Virus record (IMG/VR): IMGVR_UViG_3300037010_002253
Location: 1 to 64,000 of that record
Reading direction: 5' to 3' (one strand)
DNA: 64,000 bases
From: a virus
Shown: positions 7,393-16,484 of the stretch, in pieces
How the letters are laid out: each line of letters opens with the position of its first letter
Numbering within the stretch: the stretch's first letter is position 1
Notes under the pieces: generated by a model
What the model was told of the DNA's origin: nothing
The model's database searches: none
What the model saw: the letters and a program-made list of their open reading frames with translations, nothing else
Program-made: the position numbers and the translations under genes

Positions 7393-8688
7393 CTACTGCT
7401 TCGTGATGATCTTCACGACGTCGCGCACGGCCTTTTTCGCCGTGTGGACCGTCGTCGCCGCCGCCTGGAGGTCGGTCTTCTTGAGCGCCGCCTCCGCCCT
7501 CTTCGCGTCCGCCGCCGCGACCAACGCGCGCATCTCGTCGATGGTGGGGATCTTCGCACCCTCCGCCGCCTTGACCGCCTTCGATTTCGTAGCGGCGAGT
7601 TTCTCCGCCGCCTTCGCCGCGGCGCGCTTCCGGTTGGACTGCTCGGTCGCGGTCTCGCTGTCGCCCAGATGGCGACCCTCGGGGACGTTCCAGACCTTGT
7701 CCAGCTCGTTTCGCTCCGCGACCGCCGCCAAGTGGAGATCCTTCGCCTTCGCATTGTAGGCGACTCGGTTCTCCTCCTTGATGAGCTGCCGCAGACCGAG
7801 GAGTTGGTCAACCATCCCCTTCCTGTCCAACCCCTTGGGGAACCTGACGGACTTGTGACCCGCGTTGGTTTCCCCGGCGAGACCGTCGAACACGGTCTTC
7901 GCCCGCCAGATCGAACCGATGTCCGCGCTCATCAGGTACTCAGTGACCTTCTCCGCGTTGCTGCTGGAGAGGATCGCATCGCGCTTGAGCTGCGCGATGT
8001 ACGCGTTGAGAAAGAGCCCCTTCCCCCGCGCATTGAGGAACTTGGCAGCCGCCTCCGCCGCCGCCTTGCCAGCGTCGTCGAAAGTGAAGACCAGGTTCCC
8101 CGTAATGTCGGGGTCAACGGCCTCGCCACACACGAACATCTCCTCGCGACCGTCGCCAAGAAGGAGACCGTCGAACTTCCCGAGCGGCTCGATGATCTTT
8201 CCGTCCTTGTCCGTTCGGGCCAGGATGGGGAGACCAAAAGCCTCCGAAAAGTCCATCTCGTCGTCGTTCGGGAAGAGGGTACCCGTGAGGGTGAGCACCG
8301 TCATTTTCATGACGTGGAACGCCCGCTCGAGTTTCGGGAACACCAAGGGCGACTCGCGGGTGAGGTTCTTGATCCCCCACACCACCATACCGACCTTGAG
8401 GTCCTCGAAGGAGAGCCCGGTCGGGAGACCGGGGTACTCCCACTCCCTCTCGACGACCGGCGGCTTCTCCGCCTTCTTCGCCTCGATGACGACGGCAGGC
8501 TTCTCGTCCGCCTCCGCGGGGGTGATCGGCTTGACCTCAGTGGGGACCTTCGTCTCCACCTTGGTCTCACCGACCATTTCCGCGAGGACGTCCTTGGCTT
8601 CCGCGGGGGTGATGGGGGCCCTAACCTCCATCGCCTTCGCCGCCTTCGCCGCCTTCGCCGCCGCCTTCATCATCTTGATCTTACTCAT
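7393..8688 (-). CDS. Hypothetical protein with Ala/Lys-rich termini (431 aa)
   Basis: ATG 8688 with AGGAG; MSKIKMMKAAAKAAKAAKA; PITPAEA occurs twice. Confidence 0.8.
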   Translation of the reverse strand: MSKIKMMKAAAKAAKAAKAMEVRAPITPAEAKDVLAEMVGETKVETKVPTEVKPITPAEADEKPAVVIEAKKAEKPPVVEREWEYPGLPTGLSFEDLKVGMVVWGIKNLTRESPLVFPKLERAFHVMKMTVLTLTGTLFPNDDEMDFSEAFGLPILARTDKDGKIIEPLGKFDGLLLGDGREEMFVCGEAVDPDITGNLVFTFDDAGKAAAEAAAKFLNARGKGLFLNAYIAQLKRDAILSSSNAEKVTEYLMSADIGSIWRAKTVFDGLAGETNAGHKSVRFPKGLDRKGMVDQLLGLRQLIKEENRVAYNAKAKDLHLAAVAERNELDKVWNVPEGRHLGDSETATEQSNRKRAAAKAAEKLAATKSKAVKAAEGAKIPTIDEMRALVAAADAKRAEAALKKTDLQAAATTVHTAKKAVRDVVKIITKQ

Positions 8689-8711
8689 ATCTCGACTCCT
8701 GTGTGTTTCCG

Positions 8712-8910
8712 ACGTCCACCGTCGGGTTCCAGGAAGCAACCTTGGTTATTTACCATCTTTGCCTCCCAGAACCCGACGGTGGACGTGCCTGCAACGTCCT
8801 CCGCTGACTTCTCTCCCCGCCGGTGTATTTTCCGCAGTTGGGAATCATACACACTGACTTCTCACCCTCCGCGGGGAGAGAAGTCAACGGAGGACATTGC
8901 TACACACGAC
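8712..8910 (-). promoter_or_regulatory. Structured leader built from overlapping inverted repeats
   Basis: 8712-8729 with 8769-8786 is a perfect 18-bp IR; 8791-8820 with 8871-8900 is 28/30; 8886-8910 with 6342-6366 is 24/25. Confidence 0.7.
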
Positions 8911-9782
8911 TTTCCCACCCAACCAGGGGGGAAAGTTTATAGTTGGTTCTCCCTATTCCCTTCGCTCTCACCGGAGCCGCACCTTCGCCGCGCTTAGTAA
9001 TCCGTTTCACTTTTCGCCAACGTTTAGAGCAGGTCCAAGTGACTGGAACCACTCAGAGTTTCCGCTTCCGCGCTGAAACCCGCTAGGTACTCTGATTCAC
9101 TTCTTTGTCGCGTCCGATCGTCGGTTGGATCCTGGTGTCACCCTTGGGGACTAGAGAACCATCGCCCCTACACGCCGCGCTGTCCCCTCACAGGGGACGC
9201 GGTCATGAGAGACCTCGCGTCGCCCGTCGCACAGGACGGGTCGCGCGCCGGGACGCTTCCTAGTACCGCCCGTGGTCACTCCGCGGAACGGTTCTAGGGG
9301 ACGCCACGCCCTCTCCTGGTGTCCCAGGACGGGAAGTGACGTCGCGTCAATGTCAAACACCCGTGGGGGTGTCCCGGTTTCGTGACCCGATCCCGCGCTC
9401 CTCCGGAGGTTGGGGGGGTGTCCGCCGAGTCCTTCCCGCGCCTGTCGCGCGTCCGCTCCCCTGTCCTCGGTAGGGGTCCCCGTCGGTCCGTTGACCGGAC
9501 CCCAACCGTAGTCACTCCCCGGACAACTCGCAATAGGTTCCGTTCATTTTTTCCGACCCCCGCGACACTCCTAGAGGGGGTCTAGGATCCGGGGGTGCCC
9601 TCGCGAGGAATCGTCAGAGATTACGCCACGTTAGGGTGGGAAAGGTATGACAAGTGAGTCCGTTCACTTCCCTATCCTCGCCCCCGCTACTTTGGGGGGT
9701 GACGTAAGGAAGTGAATGAACACACTTACGGTGTACGCTTTTTCCAGACTGGGCACCCCGCGGGTACCATCTGCGCCCGGTT

Positions 9783-10073
9783 TCAGGGGGCTGGAGGACG
9801 CTTGCTCGTCTGGGTGGTCGGAGGACGACCACCGGCGGCGAGACGCGCCTTCTGCGACGTGGTCAGCCGGGAGACCCTCGGCTGGACTTTCCACTGCGAT
9901 TCCCGAAAGTTAGCCTGCTCGGGTGGGTGCTTAGGGGAGTAAGCAAGCAGGATCTTTTCACAGGCTCGAAACCTCAAGATGCCCCCACGGTCGGCGATGG
10001 TGTCGAGGACCGTGGTGGCCTCCTTGGTGGGGGTCAGGGTGGCGGTCGGCCGGGTACGTTTTGGCGTCGTCAT
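9783..10073 (-). CDS. Hypothetical basic protein
   Basis: ATG 10073 with AAGGAG RBS. Confidence 0.45.
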   Translation of the reverse strand: MTTPKRTRPTATLTPTKEATTVLDTIADRGGILRFRACEKILLAYSPKHPPEQANFRESQWKVQPRVSRLTTSQKARLAAGGRPPTTQTSKRPPAP

Positions 10074-10140
10074 TGTGTAGCTCCTTACCAGAAAACAGCG
10101 CAAGGCACGGGGGGGCGCAAGACACTTTTTGGGGGGCGGC

Positions 10141-10197
10141 ACAAAACGATGCAAGATATTTTTTGTGGGGCAGAACAAAACGATGCAAGATATTTTT
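10141..10197. repeat. Direct repeat, 2 x 23 bp, AT-rich
   Basis: acaaaacgatgcaagatattttt at 10141-10163 and 10175-10197; degenerate third copy near 10115-10130. Confidence 0.85.
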
Positions 10198-10457
10198 GGC
10201 CACATCCGCCCGTCGCAACGCGGAGGGGTTTTCCGCTGTAAAATAGCGCACTTACAGCAGCCGGCCAAGTGAGTTGGGTGTACTACCGCCTCCCCCACCT
10301 ATCTCCTCCCCTCCCTCCAGACGTGGGAACATCCTGCACCCCTCCTATCCTCTTCGCACCTCTCTACACTAAACAAAGAGCTTCCCTCGTCCCGATTATT
10401 CCTTCCGCTCCCGCAAACTTGCCATCGCCCCGCGAACCCGTTTCGGGCCCCTGAACG

Positions 10458-10492
10458 CAAAGAACCCACCTCGCTTGTGGCAAGGTGGGTTC
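10458..10492 (-). terminator. Probable intrinsic terminator
   Basis: gaacccacct/aggtgggttc stem with short T run on the minus strand, after the last gene of the chain. Confidence 0.6.
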
Positions 10493-10528
10493 CTGCTCCC
10501 TCTGGGGGTCTGTGGGGTCTCTCTGCTG

Positions 10529-10738
10529 CTACTGGTCCTCGTACGTGATGGTGAGGGTGATGGTCTTGGTGCGCTTCGTTCCCCCCTCGGCCAATGCCTC
10601 CCCGCTCCCGCGAACTTCGCGCAGGTCGAGGTCCGTGATCACGCCTTCCGCCGCGACCCCCATTTCGAGCTCCTGCGCCTTGTCACGCAGGACGTCAGCC
10701 ACTTCGACCCGCTTCCCGTGCTCTACGCCGTCTCGCAT
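10529..10738 (-). CDS. Hypothetical protein
   Basis: 69 aa; AGGAG RBS. Confidence 0.6.
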   Translation of the reverse strand: MRDGVEHGKRVEVADVLRDKAQELEMGVAAEGVITDLDLREVRGSGEALAEGGTKRTKTITLTITYEDQ

Positions 10739-10747
10739 GGTGTCCTC

Positions 10748-10939
10748 CTACCAGAGCGTCTCGTGGATCTCTTCCGAGATTTTCCCGCAGAACTTGGCCA
10801 CGGGAACATCCCCTCGCTCCGCCGCCATCCGCGACTCCGAGACCCAATGCATGTAGGTCTGGAGGGTCATCGCCCACCGGATCGGCTCCTTCCGCCGGTC
10901 GATGAGCTTGGTGAAGTCGGTGTTGACGATGATGCCCAC
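10748..10939 (-). CDS. Hypothetical protein
   Basis: GTG start after GAGGAGGGAG; 63 aa. Confidence 0.5.
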   Translation of the reverse strand: MGIIVNTDFTKLIDRRKEPIRWAMTLQTYMHWVSESRMAAERGDVPVAKFCGKISEEIHETLW

Positions 10940-10941
10940 GA

Positions 10942-11142
10942 TTAGACTCCCTCCTCTTCCACGAACCTGGCTTTCACCCCTCGCCGCTTCGCGTCTTCCA
11001 TGGCCTCGCGCTTCGTCATCCACGGGTACAGGACGCGGCCCGTCCACGCCGTCTCCGAGTACCCGCGGTGCCACTTGAACCCGCCTTTTGCGACCCTCTC
11101 CACGTCCCCGCGATAGTAAAAAATGATCGTCTCTTCCATCAC
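10942..11142 (-). CDS. Hypothetical protein
   Basis: 66 aa, overlaps the upstream stop. Confidence 0.55.
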   Translation of the reverse strand: MMEETIIFYYRGDVERVAKGGFKWHRGYSETAWTGRVLYPWMTKREAMEDAKRRGVKARFVEEEGV

Positions 11143-11354
11143 TCACGGGCCTCGATCACCCGAACTCGCGCATCTGGGCCAACGCTCTTGATCCCGGGGT
11201 AGTAGACGCCCATGCACCGCTCCGCTTCCTCCTTGTCCGCCCACTCGTAGGGCCGCGGGGACTTGGTCGGATGGACGTCCTGCCAGACCTCCACGCCCTT
11301 CTTCTGCTCCGGGTCGTAGACCACGGAGAGGATCTGCATCTTCCAGGAGATCAT
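11139..11354 (-). CDS. Hypothetical protein
   Basis: 71 aa, ATGA coupling. Confidence 0.6.
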   Translation of the reverse strand: MISWKMQILSVVYDPEQKKGVEVWQDVHPTKSPRPYEWADKEEAERCMGVYYPGIKSVGPDARVRVIEARE

Positions 11355-11980
11355 CGCGACCTCCTGCTGAGCGCGCCGCTCATCGCGTCGTACGCATCAC
11401 GAGAGATCATCGGTGGGCCGTAGGACATCTCGTCCAGACGCACGGGTTCACCTGTGGCCCGCCCGTATTGATCTACCGACTTGCGCTTCGCGGTGTACGC
11501 CTCGTCCTGCTCCCGTCGCGACATCAAGAGCCACTTCTCTACTTCCGTGACCGTTGGGCGTGCCCCTTCTGGGGACAGCCCCATGATCTGTTCGCACGCG
11601 CGGAGCAGCTCGTTCGCAAACTCCGCTCGGCTCGCTTCGGTGTGCCTCGCGTACTCTTCCTTGGAAGTGACGGCTTTTCGTTCCTCATCGAAGACGGATA
11701 CGTCATCGTACGGAGCGCGTCGGATCACGCTTTGTAGGTCGAGAAAATCCTCCCGCGCCTTAGAGTGCGCGCTCGCTTCGATGAGGAAACGGAAGACTGC
11801 GCCCAGGTCCTTCGCCCCACACCAGTGAGTGATGAGGCGCTCGAGCGTGCTAGAAACCATCAGCCACATCCACGCCTCGTCCGCCCGCGTCTGACTGATG
11901 AAGTCTTCCTTTGAGGCCGTCGTCTTGGCCTTCTCCACCGCGCTCCCCACGACCACGCGCTTTTTGCCGTCGTTCCTCAC
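11351..11980 (-). CDS. Hypothetical protein
   Basis: GTGA-coupled start at 11980; 209 aa. Confidence 0.65.
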   Translation of the reverse strand: MRNDGKKRVVVGSAVEKAKTTASKEDFISQTRADEAWMWLMVSSTLERLITHWCGAKDLGAVFRFLIEASAHSKAREDFLDLQSVIRRAPYDDVSVFDEERKAVTSKEEYARHTEASRAEFANELLRACEQIMGLSPEGARPTVTEVEKWLLMSRREQDEAYTAKRKSVDQYGRATGEPVRLDEMSYGPPMISRDAYDAMSGALSRRSR

Positions 11981-12063
11981 GCACCCCTCCTGTTGTTCAG
12001 CAGCTTCCAGAGCGCGGCGATGACCACCGCTTCGGTGACGCACGCGATGATGAACGGGGTCAC
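11977..12063 (-). CDS. Small single-TM membrane peptide (28 aa)
   Basis: MTPFIIACVTEAVVIAALWKLLNNRRGA; GTGA overlaps at both ends. Confidence 0.45.
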   Translation of the reverse strand: MTPFIIACVTEAVVIAALWKLLNNRRGA

Positions 12064-12206
12064 AGCCTCTGCTCCGCGCACAGGGGGAGCATCGAGTCGA
12101 TCTTCACTTCGATCCGCGTGAGGCGCTCCCTTGTCGCCATGGACGACGCGTAGAAAGCCACCGCGAAGAAAATGGGGCTGATCGACGCATAAACCCGCCG
12201 TTTCAT
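12060..12206 (-). CDS. Small membrane protein (48 aa)
   Basis: MKRRVYASISPIFFAVAFYASS...; ATGA and GTGA coupling. Confidence 0.5.
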   Translation of the reverse strand: MKRRVYASISPIFFAVAFYASSMATRERLTRIEVKIDSMLPLCAEQRL

Positions 12207-13009
12207 GTCTTCTGCTCCGTCTCCGCGACAACCGTCGCGGGTTCCTTGTCCTCGTGCTCCGGATGGAGCGTCAACATCTCCTGGGGGTTGAGCTGCGCCG
12301 GGTTGGACCCGAACAACTGGGACAGGATGCCCGGCGCCTTCGGTCCTCCATCCCCCACGACCTGCACGCTCACCCGCTGGGTTTCGCGCTGGAGGGCCAA
12401 CAACTCCTGGAGTTGACCAAGAACGATTTGGCTCTGCCGCGTGACGTTCATGTCGAGCTGCCCGCCCGCCATGATCTCCTCCGAAAAGAAAGCGCGGTTC
12501 ATTCGCGCCGAGTTCTTGAGGACAATCCTGCGCATCGACTCCATCACCGAGTCTACGTCCGTTGGTGGCAACGCCTCGAACGTGTCGATGAACTTGCAGA
12601 TGTGCCCCTCCTTGAACTCGGAACAGTCCGGCCCGATCGAACACGTCGAACACCCAAGGCGCGGGACCTTGTCGAGCTTCTTCTTCTCCGCCGCGATGTC
12701 GACGATCCCCTGCCCGAGGATGGGAAGTGAGTGCCTTCGCTCCAGGGAGACCGTGGTGGAGTTGGCCGGCGGGGAGGTGCTCGGCTCGACGATCTGGATG
12801 GGGGTCGGGGTCGGTTCCGCCGGAAGGGGGTCCGCCGGGACCGCCTTTGCTGCCGCCAGAACGCCACCTAGGCGCATCTTGTACCGCTGGGATAGGGTAG
12901 GGGTACCCTCCGCGCCCAAAACGCCGCCTTGACCCTCTTCCGCGTCTTCCCGGGCCCGCTCGCCCAGGTGGTCGATCTTCGCGCCCTTCCCGGGCTTCAT
13001 CTTCGGCAC
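12203..13009 (-). CDS. Cys-cluster protein (CxxCx5Cx8C) with helical C-terminus
   Basis: CSTCSIGPDCSEFKEGHIC...RAFFSEEIMAGGQLD...GILSQLFG; GTG start with GGAGGA. Confidence 0.7.
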   Translation of the reverse strand: MPKMKPGKGAKIDHLGERAREDAEEGQGGVLGAEGTPTLSQRYKMRLGGVLAAAKAVPADPLPAEPTPTPIQIVEPSTSPPANSTTVSLERRHSLPILGQGIVDIAAEKKKLDKVPRLGCSTCSIGPDCSEFKEGHICKFIDTFEALPPTDVDSVMESMRRIVLKNSARMNRAFFSEEIMAGGQLDMNVTRQSQIVLGQLQELLALQRETQRVSVQVVGDGGPKAPGILSQLFGSNPAQLNPQEMLTLHPEHEDKEPATVVAETEQKT

Positions 13010-13028
13010 TTCGTCCTCCGTCCGGGGG

Positions 13029-13295
13029 TCAACCCCGCAGCAGCTCGTCCATGGTGACGCTCCGCACCGCCGCGTTGGGGTGCAGCCGCCCAGAGATGAC
13101 GTAGAGCGCCTTCGCCGCCGCGAGGTACGCTTCGTGCAGCTCGAAGTCGTCACCGACGATCCTGGTCGACCCGACGAGCGTGCCCCCCACGAGGACGACC
13201 CGACCTTTCGTGGCCTCGGCAGGCTCGATGACCAGGGTCACCGTCCGGGTGGGTGCCTTCCCTTCCATCACCACGCCCCACTTGTTTTCTGCCAT
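13029..13295 (-). CDS. Hypothetical protein
   Basis: 88-aa ORF in the gene chain. Confidence 0.55.
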   Translation of the reverse strand: MAENKWGVVMEGKAPTRTVTLVIEPAEATKGRVVLVGGTLVGSTRIVGDDFELHEAYLAAAKALYVISGRLHPNAAVRSVTMDELLRG

Positions 13296-13435
13296 TGTAT
13301 CGCGTGCGCTTTCTGTCTCGATGAGTTGCGGGAAGAGATAGGTCCCGCTTCGCTACCCGTGCCAATGAGAGACCGAGTCTTTCACAATACAGATAGCGAA
13401 GACAAGACCGAGGAGGTAGAAGGCCCCCTCCGCCA

Positions 13436-13966
13436 CTACCGCCCGAACCTGGTCACGGCCGCGCCGTACTCGTCGACCTTCTGGAGCAGCTCGATGTCCT
13501 CCGCCATGTGGCTTCCGCTGGGGATGAACTTCTTCCGCCACGCGACGGCCGCCTGGATGACGCCCTGCTCCGCCGCCTCGAGTGTCGCGACCACGCTCGG
13601 GGCCTCCACGTCGGGGTGCTTGATGAGCCGCCAGAACCATCCCCGCCCGCCGTCCGTCGGCGGCACGACCCGGTAGAGGGACGCCCCGCACCCGGGGCAG
13701 GCGAACTCCCCCAGCTCGGTCCCCCGATCCGGGTCGAGGGTCAGATCAGCCGGCCCCGCCTGGACCGCGTTCACGGTCTGGAAGCACTGGGGGCAGGGGT
13801 GGGACTCGAGGAGGAGGGAAAGGTACTTGAGGGCCGCCGCGCCCTTCTGGTCTTTCGGAAGCCGGCCGTACTCCTGGTACCCATTGACCTGGTGGATGGC
13901 GAACGCCCACTCCTTCGGGGTCCACTCCCGCGGCTTGGAGTCGGTGAAGATTAGCGCATCGCTCAC
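13436..13966 (-). CDS. Zinc-ribbon protein
   Basis: CPQC...CPGC. Confidence 0.65.
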   Translation of the reverse strand: MSDALIFTDSKPREWTPKEWAFAIHQVNGYQEYGRLPKDQKGAAALKYLSLLLESHPCPQCFQTVNAVQAGPADLTLDPDRGTELGEFACPGCGASLYRVVPPTDGGRGWFWRLIKHPDVEAPSVVATLEAAEQGVIQAAVAWRKKFIPSGSHMAEDIELLQKVDEYGAAVTRFGR

Positions 13967-14148
13967 GACCGCCTCGCCCGCCGACCCTGCTGGGCCTTGA
14001 GGAGGCGGAGGGGGTTGGGGCTCACGTACTGGTACGTCCCCGCCTCGACCTGCTCCCGCACGCGCTGGAGCTGCCTCTTCTCCTCCTCCATCCGCACCTC
14101 GCGCCGCGACGGATTCCGGACCTTGACCCGCTTGGTGGTATCGAACAT
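13963..14148 (-). CDS. Hypothetical protein
   Basis: 61 aa; GAGG RBS; coupled to the next gene. Confidence 0.55.
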   Translation of the reverse strand: MFDTTKRVKVRNPSRREVRMEEEKRQLQRVREQVEAGTYQYVSPNPLRLLKAQQGRRARRS

Positions 14149-14192
14149 ATCAGCCTCTTCTCTTGTGGTAGTTCAGCCGCGCATCGTCCGCT

Positions 14193-14774
14193 CTACGTGT
14201 GGACCGACCAGCCGGTGTACTTCGGATCGCTACTCTTGCGGTACACCATCCCGCCGACGATCTCGGTCCGCCACTCGATGCCGCGGTACCACTGGAAATA
14301 GAGGTCGGCGTAGCCGGTATCCTCGCCGTGGGGAGGGGTGATGCGGGCGATGACGCGAACGCTGTCGCTATGCCCGTACGAGTCGAGGTACTCGAGCACC
14401 TCGCGCAGGTACATCGCCTCACGGTCGTGGGCGTGGTCGTGCACCTGGATCGTGATCGCGTCGGACGTCAGCTTGAGGTAGTCGACGTCGGACTCCGCGA
14501 TCTTCCCTGCCAGCTTGATCATCTGGAGCGCGACCCGCGGGTCGATGGGAACGGTCCGGTCGCCGATGTTGTAAGTCAACGGGTGCGCCTTCGACGAGTG
14601 CATCGCCGCGTAGACCGCCTCGCGCCCCGTCAGGATCGTGAGCGGCTGATCCCAGTCTCCATCCGCCTTTGCCTTCTCGATCATCGGCTGGAGGTCGAGG
14701 TGGGCGAACTCGCCCTCCGTGTTCTTCGCGCAGAGGTCGAAGGGCTGGTCTGGGTTCCGGATGTAGAGGGACAT
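14193..14774 (-). CDS. Hypothetical protein
   Basis: 193 aa, globular composition. Confidence 0.7.
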   Translation of the reverse strand: MSLYIRNPDQPFDLCAKNTEGEFAHLDLQPMIEKAKADGDWDQPLTILTGREAVYAAMHSSKAHPLTYNIGDRTVPIDPRVALQMIKLAGKIAESDVDYLKLTSDAITIQVHDHAHDREAMYLREVLEYLDSYGHSDSVRVIARITPPHGEDTGYADLYFQWYRGIEWRTEIVGGMVYRKSSDPKYTGWSVHT

Positions 14775-14775
14775 G

Positions 14776-15144
14776 TCACTCGCCTTCCTTCCCGAAGCAG
14801 CGGTAGTCGACGGGGGTGCTCGAGGGGTCCTTCACCATCGCCTCGCAGTACGCCAGGGCGTCGTAGAAGACGCGCTCGCTACCATGGGCCGCCATGCCCC
14901 AGTAGATGTCCGTCAGACTCGCGCATTTCGCCGCGAACAGGACGTTGATAGGGTGCGGGTTCACCCAGTGGGTCCCGCCGGTCAGGGGCACGACCACGTT
15001 GTTGACCCTCCAGAGGAGAGAGACCGCGGCGCTCCAGGAGTGGACAACGCCGGAGAGGTTACAGGCGCCCTGTATCTGAAGCGCGTCCTTCGCCGCCTTC
15101 GTGAGGTCCCTGCGCAGCTCCTCGGTCATTTTCTCGTTCTTCAC
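14776..15144 (-). CDS. Hypothetical protein
   Basis: 122 aa; ALQIQGACNLSGVVHS...VNPHPINVLF. Confidence 0.65.
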   Translation of the reverse strand: MKNEKMTEELRRDLTKAAKDALQIQGACNLSGVVHSWSAAVSLLWRVNNVVVPLTGGTHWVNPHPINVLFAAKCASLTDIYWGMAAHGSERVFYDALAYCEAMVKDPSSTPVDYRCFGKEGE

Positions 15145-15427
15145 TCGCTGGCTCCTTCGCTTGTCCGCCGACGGCCACTCCGCCCGCGACGTTGTTGATT
15201 ACCTCTGAGATATTACCAAATCCCGCGACGACGTCAAGAGAAGACTTTCGCATCATCGCCTCCAGCGACCCCACATTCCCGTCCAGTGAGATGAAGGCGC
15301 CGTGGATTGCTTCAATCTCGTTCCATAGGTCCGGGTCAGTCGTCCTCAGGTTCTCGAGGCAGGGGTGCACGAGACGGTTCTTCGGAAGTGAGGGGGCGCT
15401 CTTTCGGGGGTTGTGCTCGTTCGACAT
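15059..15427 (-). CDS. Hypothetical protein
   Basis: ATG with GGAG; overlaps both neighbours. Confidence 0.4.
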   Translation of the reverse strand: MSNEHNPRKSAPSLPKNRLVHPCLENLRTTDPDLWNEIEAIHGAFISLDGNVGSLEAMMRKSSLDVVAGFGNISEVINNVAGGVAVGGQAKEPASEERENDRGAAQGPHEGGEGRASDTGRL

Positions 15428-16484
15428 CGTGTTCTCTCCAGGCGTTGATGGTACTGACCCGACCAGGTGTCCCGAAGGAAGCCGAGATGATTCCTTCCGA
15501 CGCCGGCCTCACGAGGGGTTCGGGGACTGGAACCCCAGGCTTGAACCCCTCCGGCCAACCTGTGTGGAGAGTCTGTCCCATCCGCTTCCGCATCTCAACG
15601 AAGCGCGCGGAGAGGTTTCGCCAAGCGATGATGTTCGCTTTCCGCACCTCCGCCACGTCATCGGCTATGACCTTGTCGGGGTCGCAGCCGATCGCCTTGT
15701 AGTACCCCCTGTAGAGCCTGCGCTTCGCCTTTCCGCCGTTGTCCTTCGAGAGCACGAGGAACTTGTTCCCACGGAAGATGTACGTGGTGCCGTACTTCTG
15801 GCCCATGACCCAGGACGTCGAGTCCACGGAGTCCATCGGCACCTCCTTCAACTCGGTGTTGATCCTGGTCATTGCGAACCCGTGGACGGGCTTCCCCCAC
15901 CGCCGCGCCTCCATGAGGAGCCTGCGGTGGATGCCGGAACCGCCCGAACTGCGCCCGATGGCAAGAGTCTTGATTCGCTTATCGCGGCAATAGTGGGTCC
16001 ACCGCTCCAACGTTCGCCAGGAGTGCCACACGGGGGTGATGTTCAGGTCAGGCCACCGCGTCAACATCTCCTCCCGCCAATCGTCGATCAGCTCCATCGT
16101 GCATTCGGGCAGCTCGAACTCGATGTCCAACTCCGTGATCCGGTCGTACGGGGAGCCGAACTCGTCGATGTAGTTGAAGTAGAGCCGCTTGTATTCGTGG
16201 ACAGGCATCAGTCTCTCAGGCTGCGCCCTCGCGAACACTGCGTACGTGAAGGCGCCGGAGTCGAGAAACCAGGAGACGTCAGGGTACGCAGCCTGCATCC
16301 GCGCGATGAAGCGTTCCTTCTTCATCTGGTGGATGTAGTAGAAAGAGTAGAGGATTGATTTCACCCCGTTGTCGAGCAGTGCCTTCGTGAGGGTCTCCAC
16401 CTCGCCACCAGCCAAATAAATCGTGGTCCCCAGTAAACACAGGAAGCCGACACCCACAAAGTCAGAAGCTACGGGTAGCGCCAC
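15336..16484 (-). CDS. dpdA: DpdA-like TGT-family 7-deazaguanine DNA transglycosylase
   Basis: FLDSGAFT, ELD, PVWH, HGFA and DSVDSTSW motifs; same region as folE/queD/queE; probable GTG start at 16484 after GAGGAGG. Confidence 0.8.
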   Translation of the reverse strand: MALPVASDFVGVGFLCLLGTTIYLAGGEVETLTKALLDNGVKSILYSFYYIHQMKKERFIARMQAAYPDVSWFLDSGAFTYAVFARAQPERLMPVHEYKRLYFNYIDEFGSPYDRITELDIEFELPECTMELIDDWREEMLTRWPDLNITPVWHSWRTLERWTHYCRDKRIKTLAIGRSSGGSGIHRRLLMEARRWGKPVHGFAMTRINTELKEVPMDSVDSTSWVMGQKYGTTYIFRGNKFLVLSKDNGGKAKRRLYRGYYKAIGCDPDKVIADDVAEVRKANIIAWRNLSARFVEMRKRMGQTLHTGWPEGFKPGVPVPEPLVRPASEGIISASFGTPGRVSTINAWREHDVERAQPPKERPLTSEEPSRAPLPREPEDD

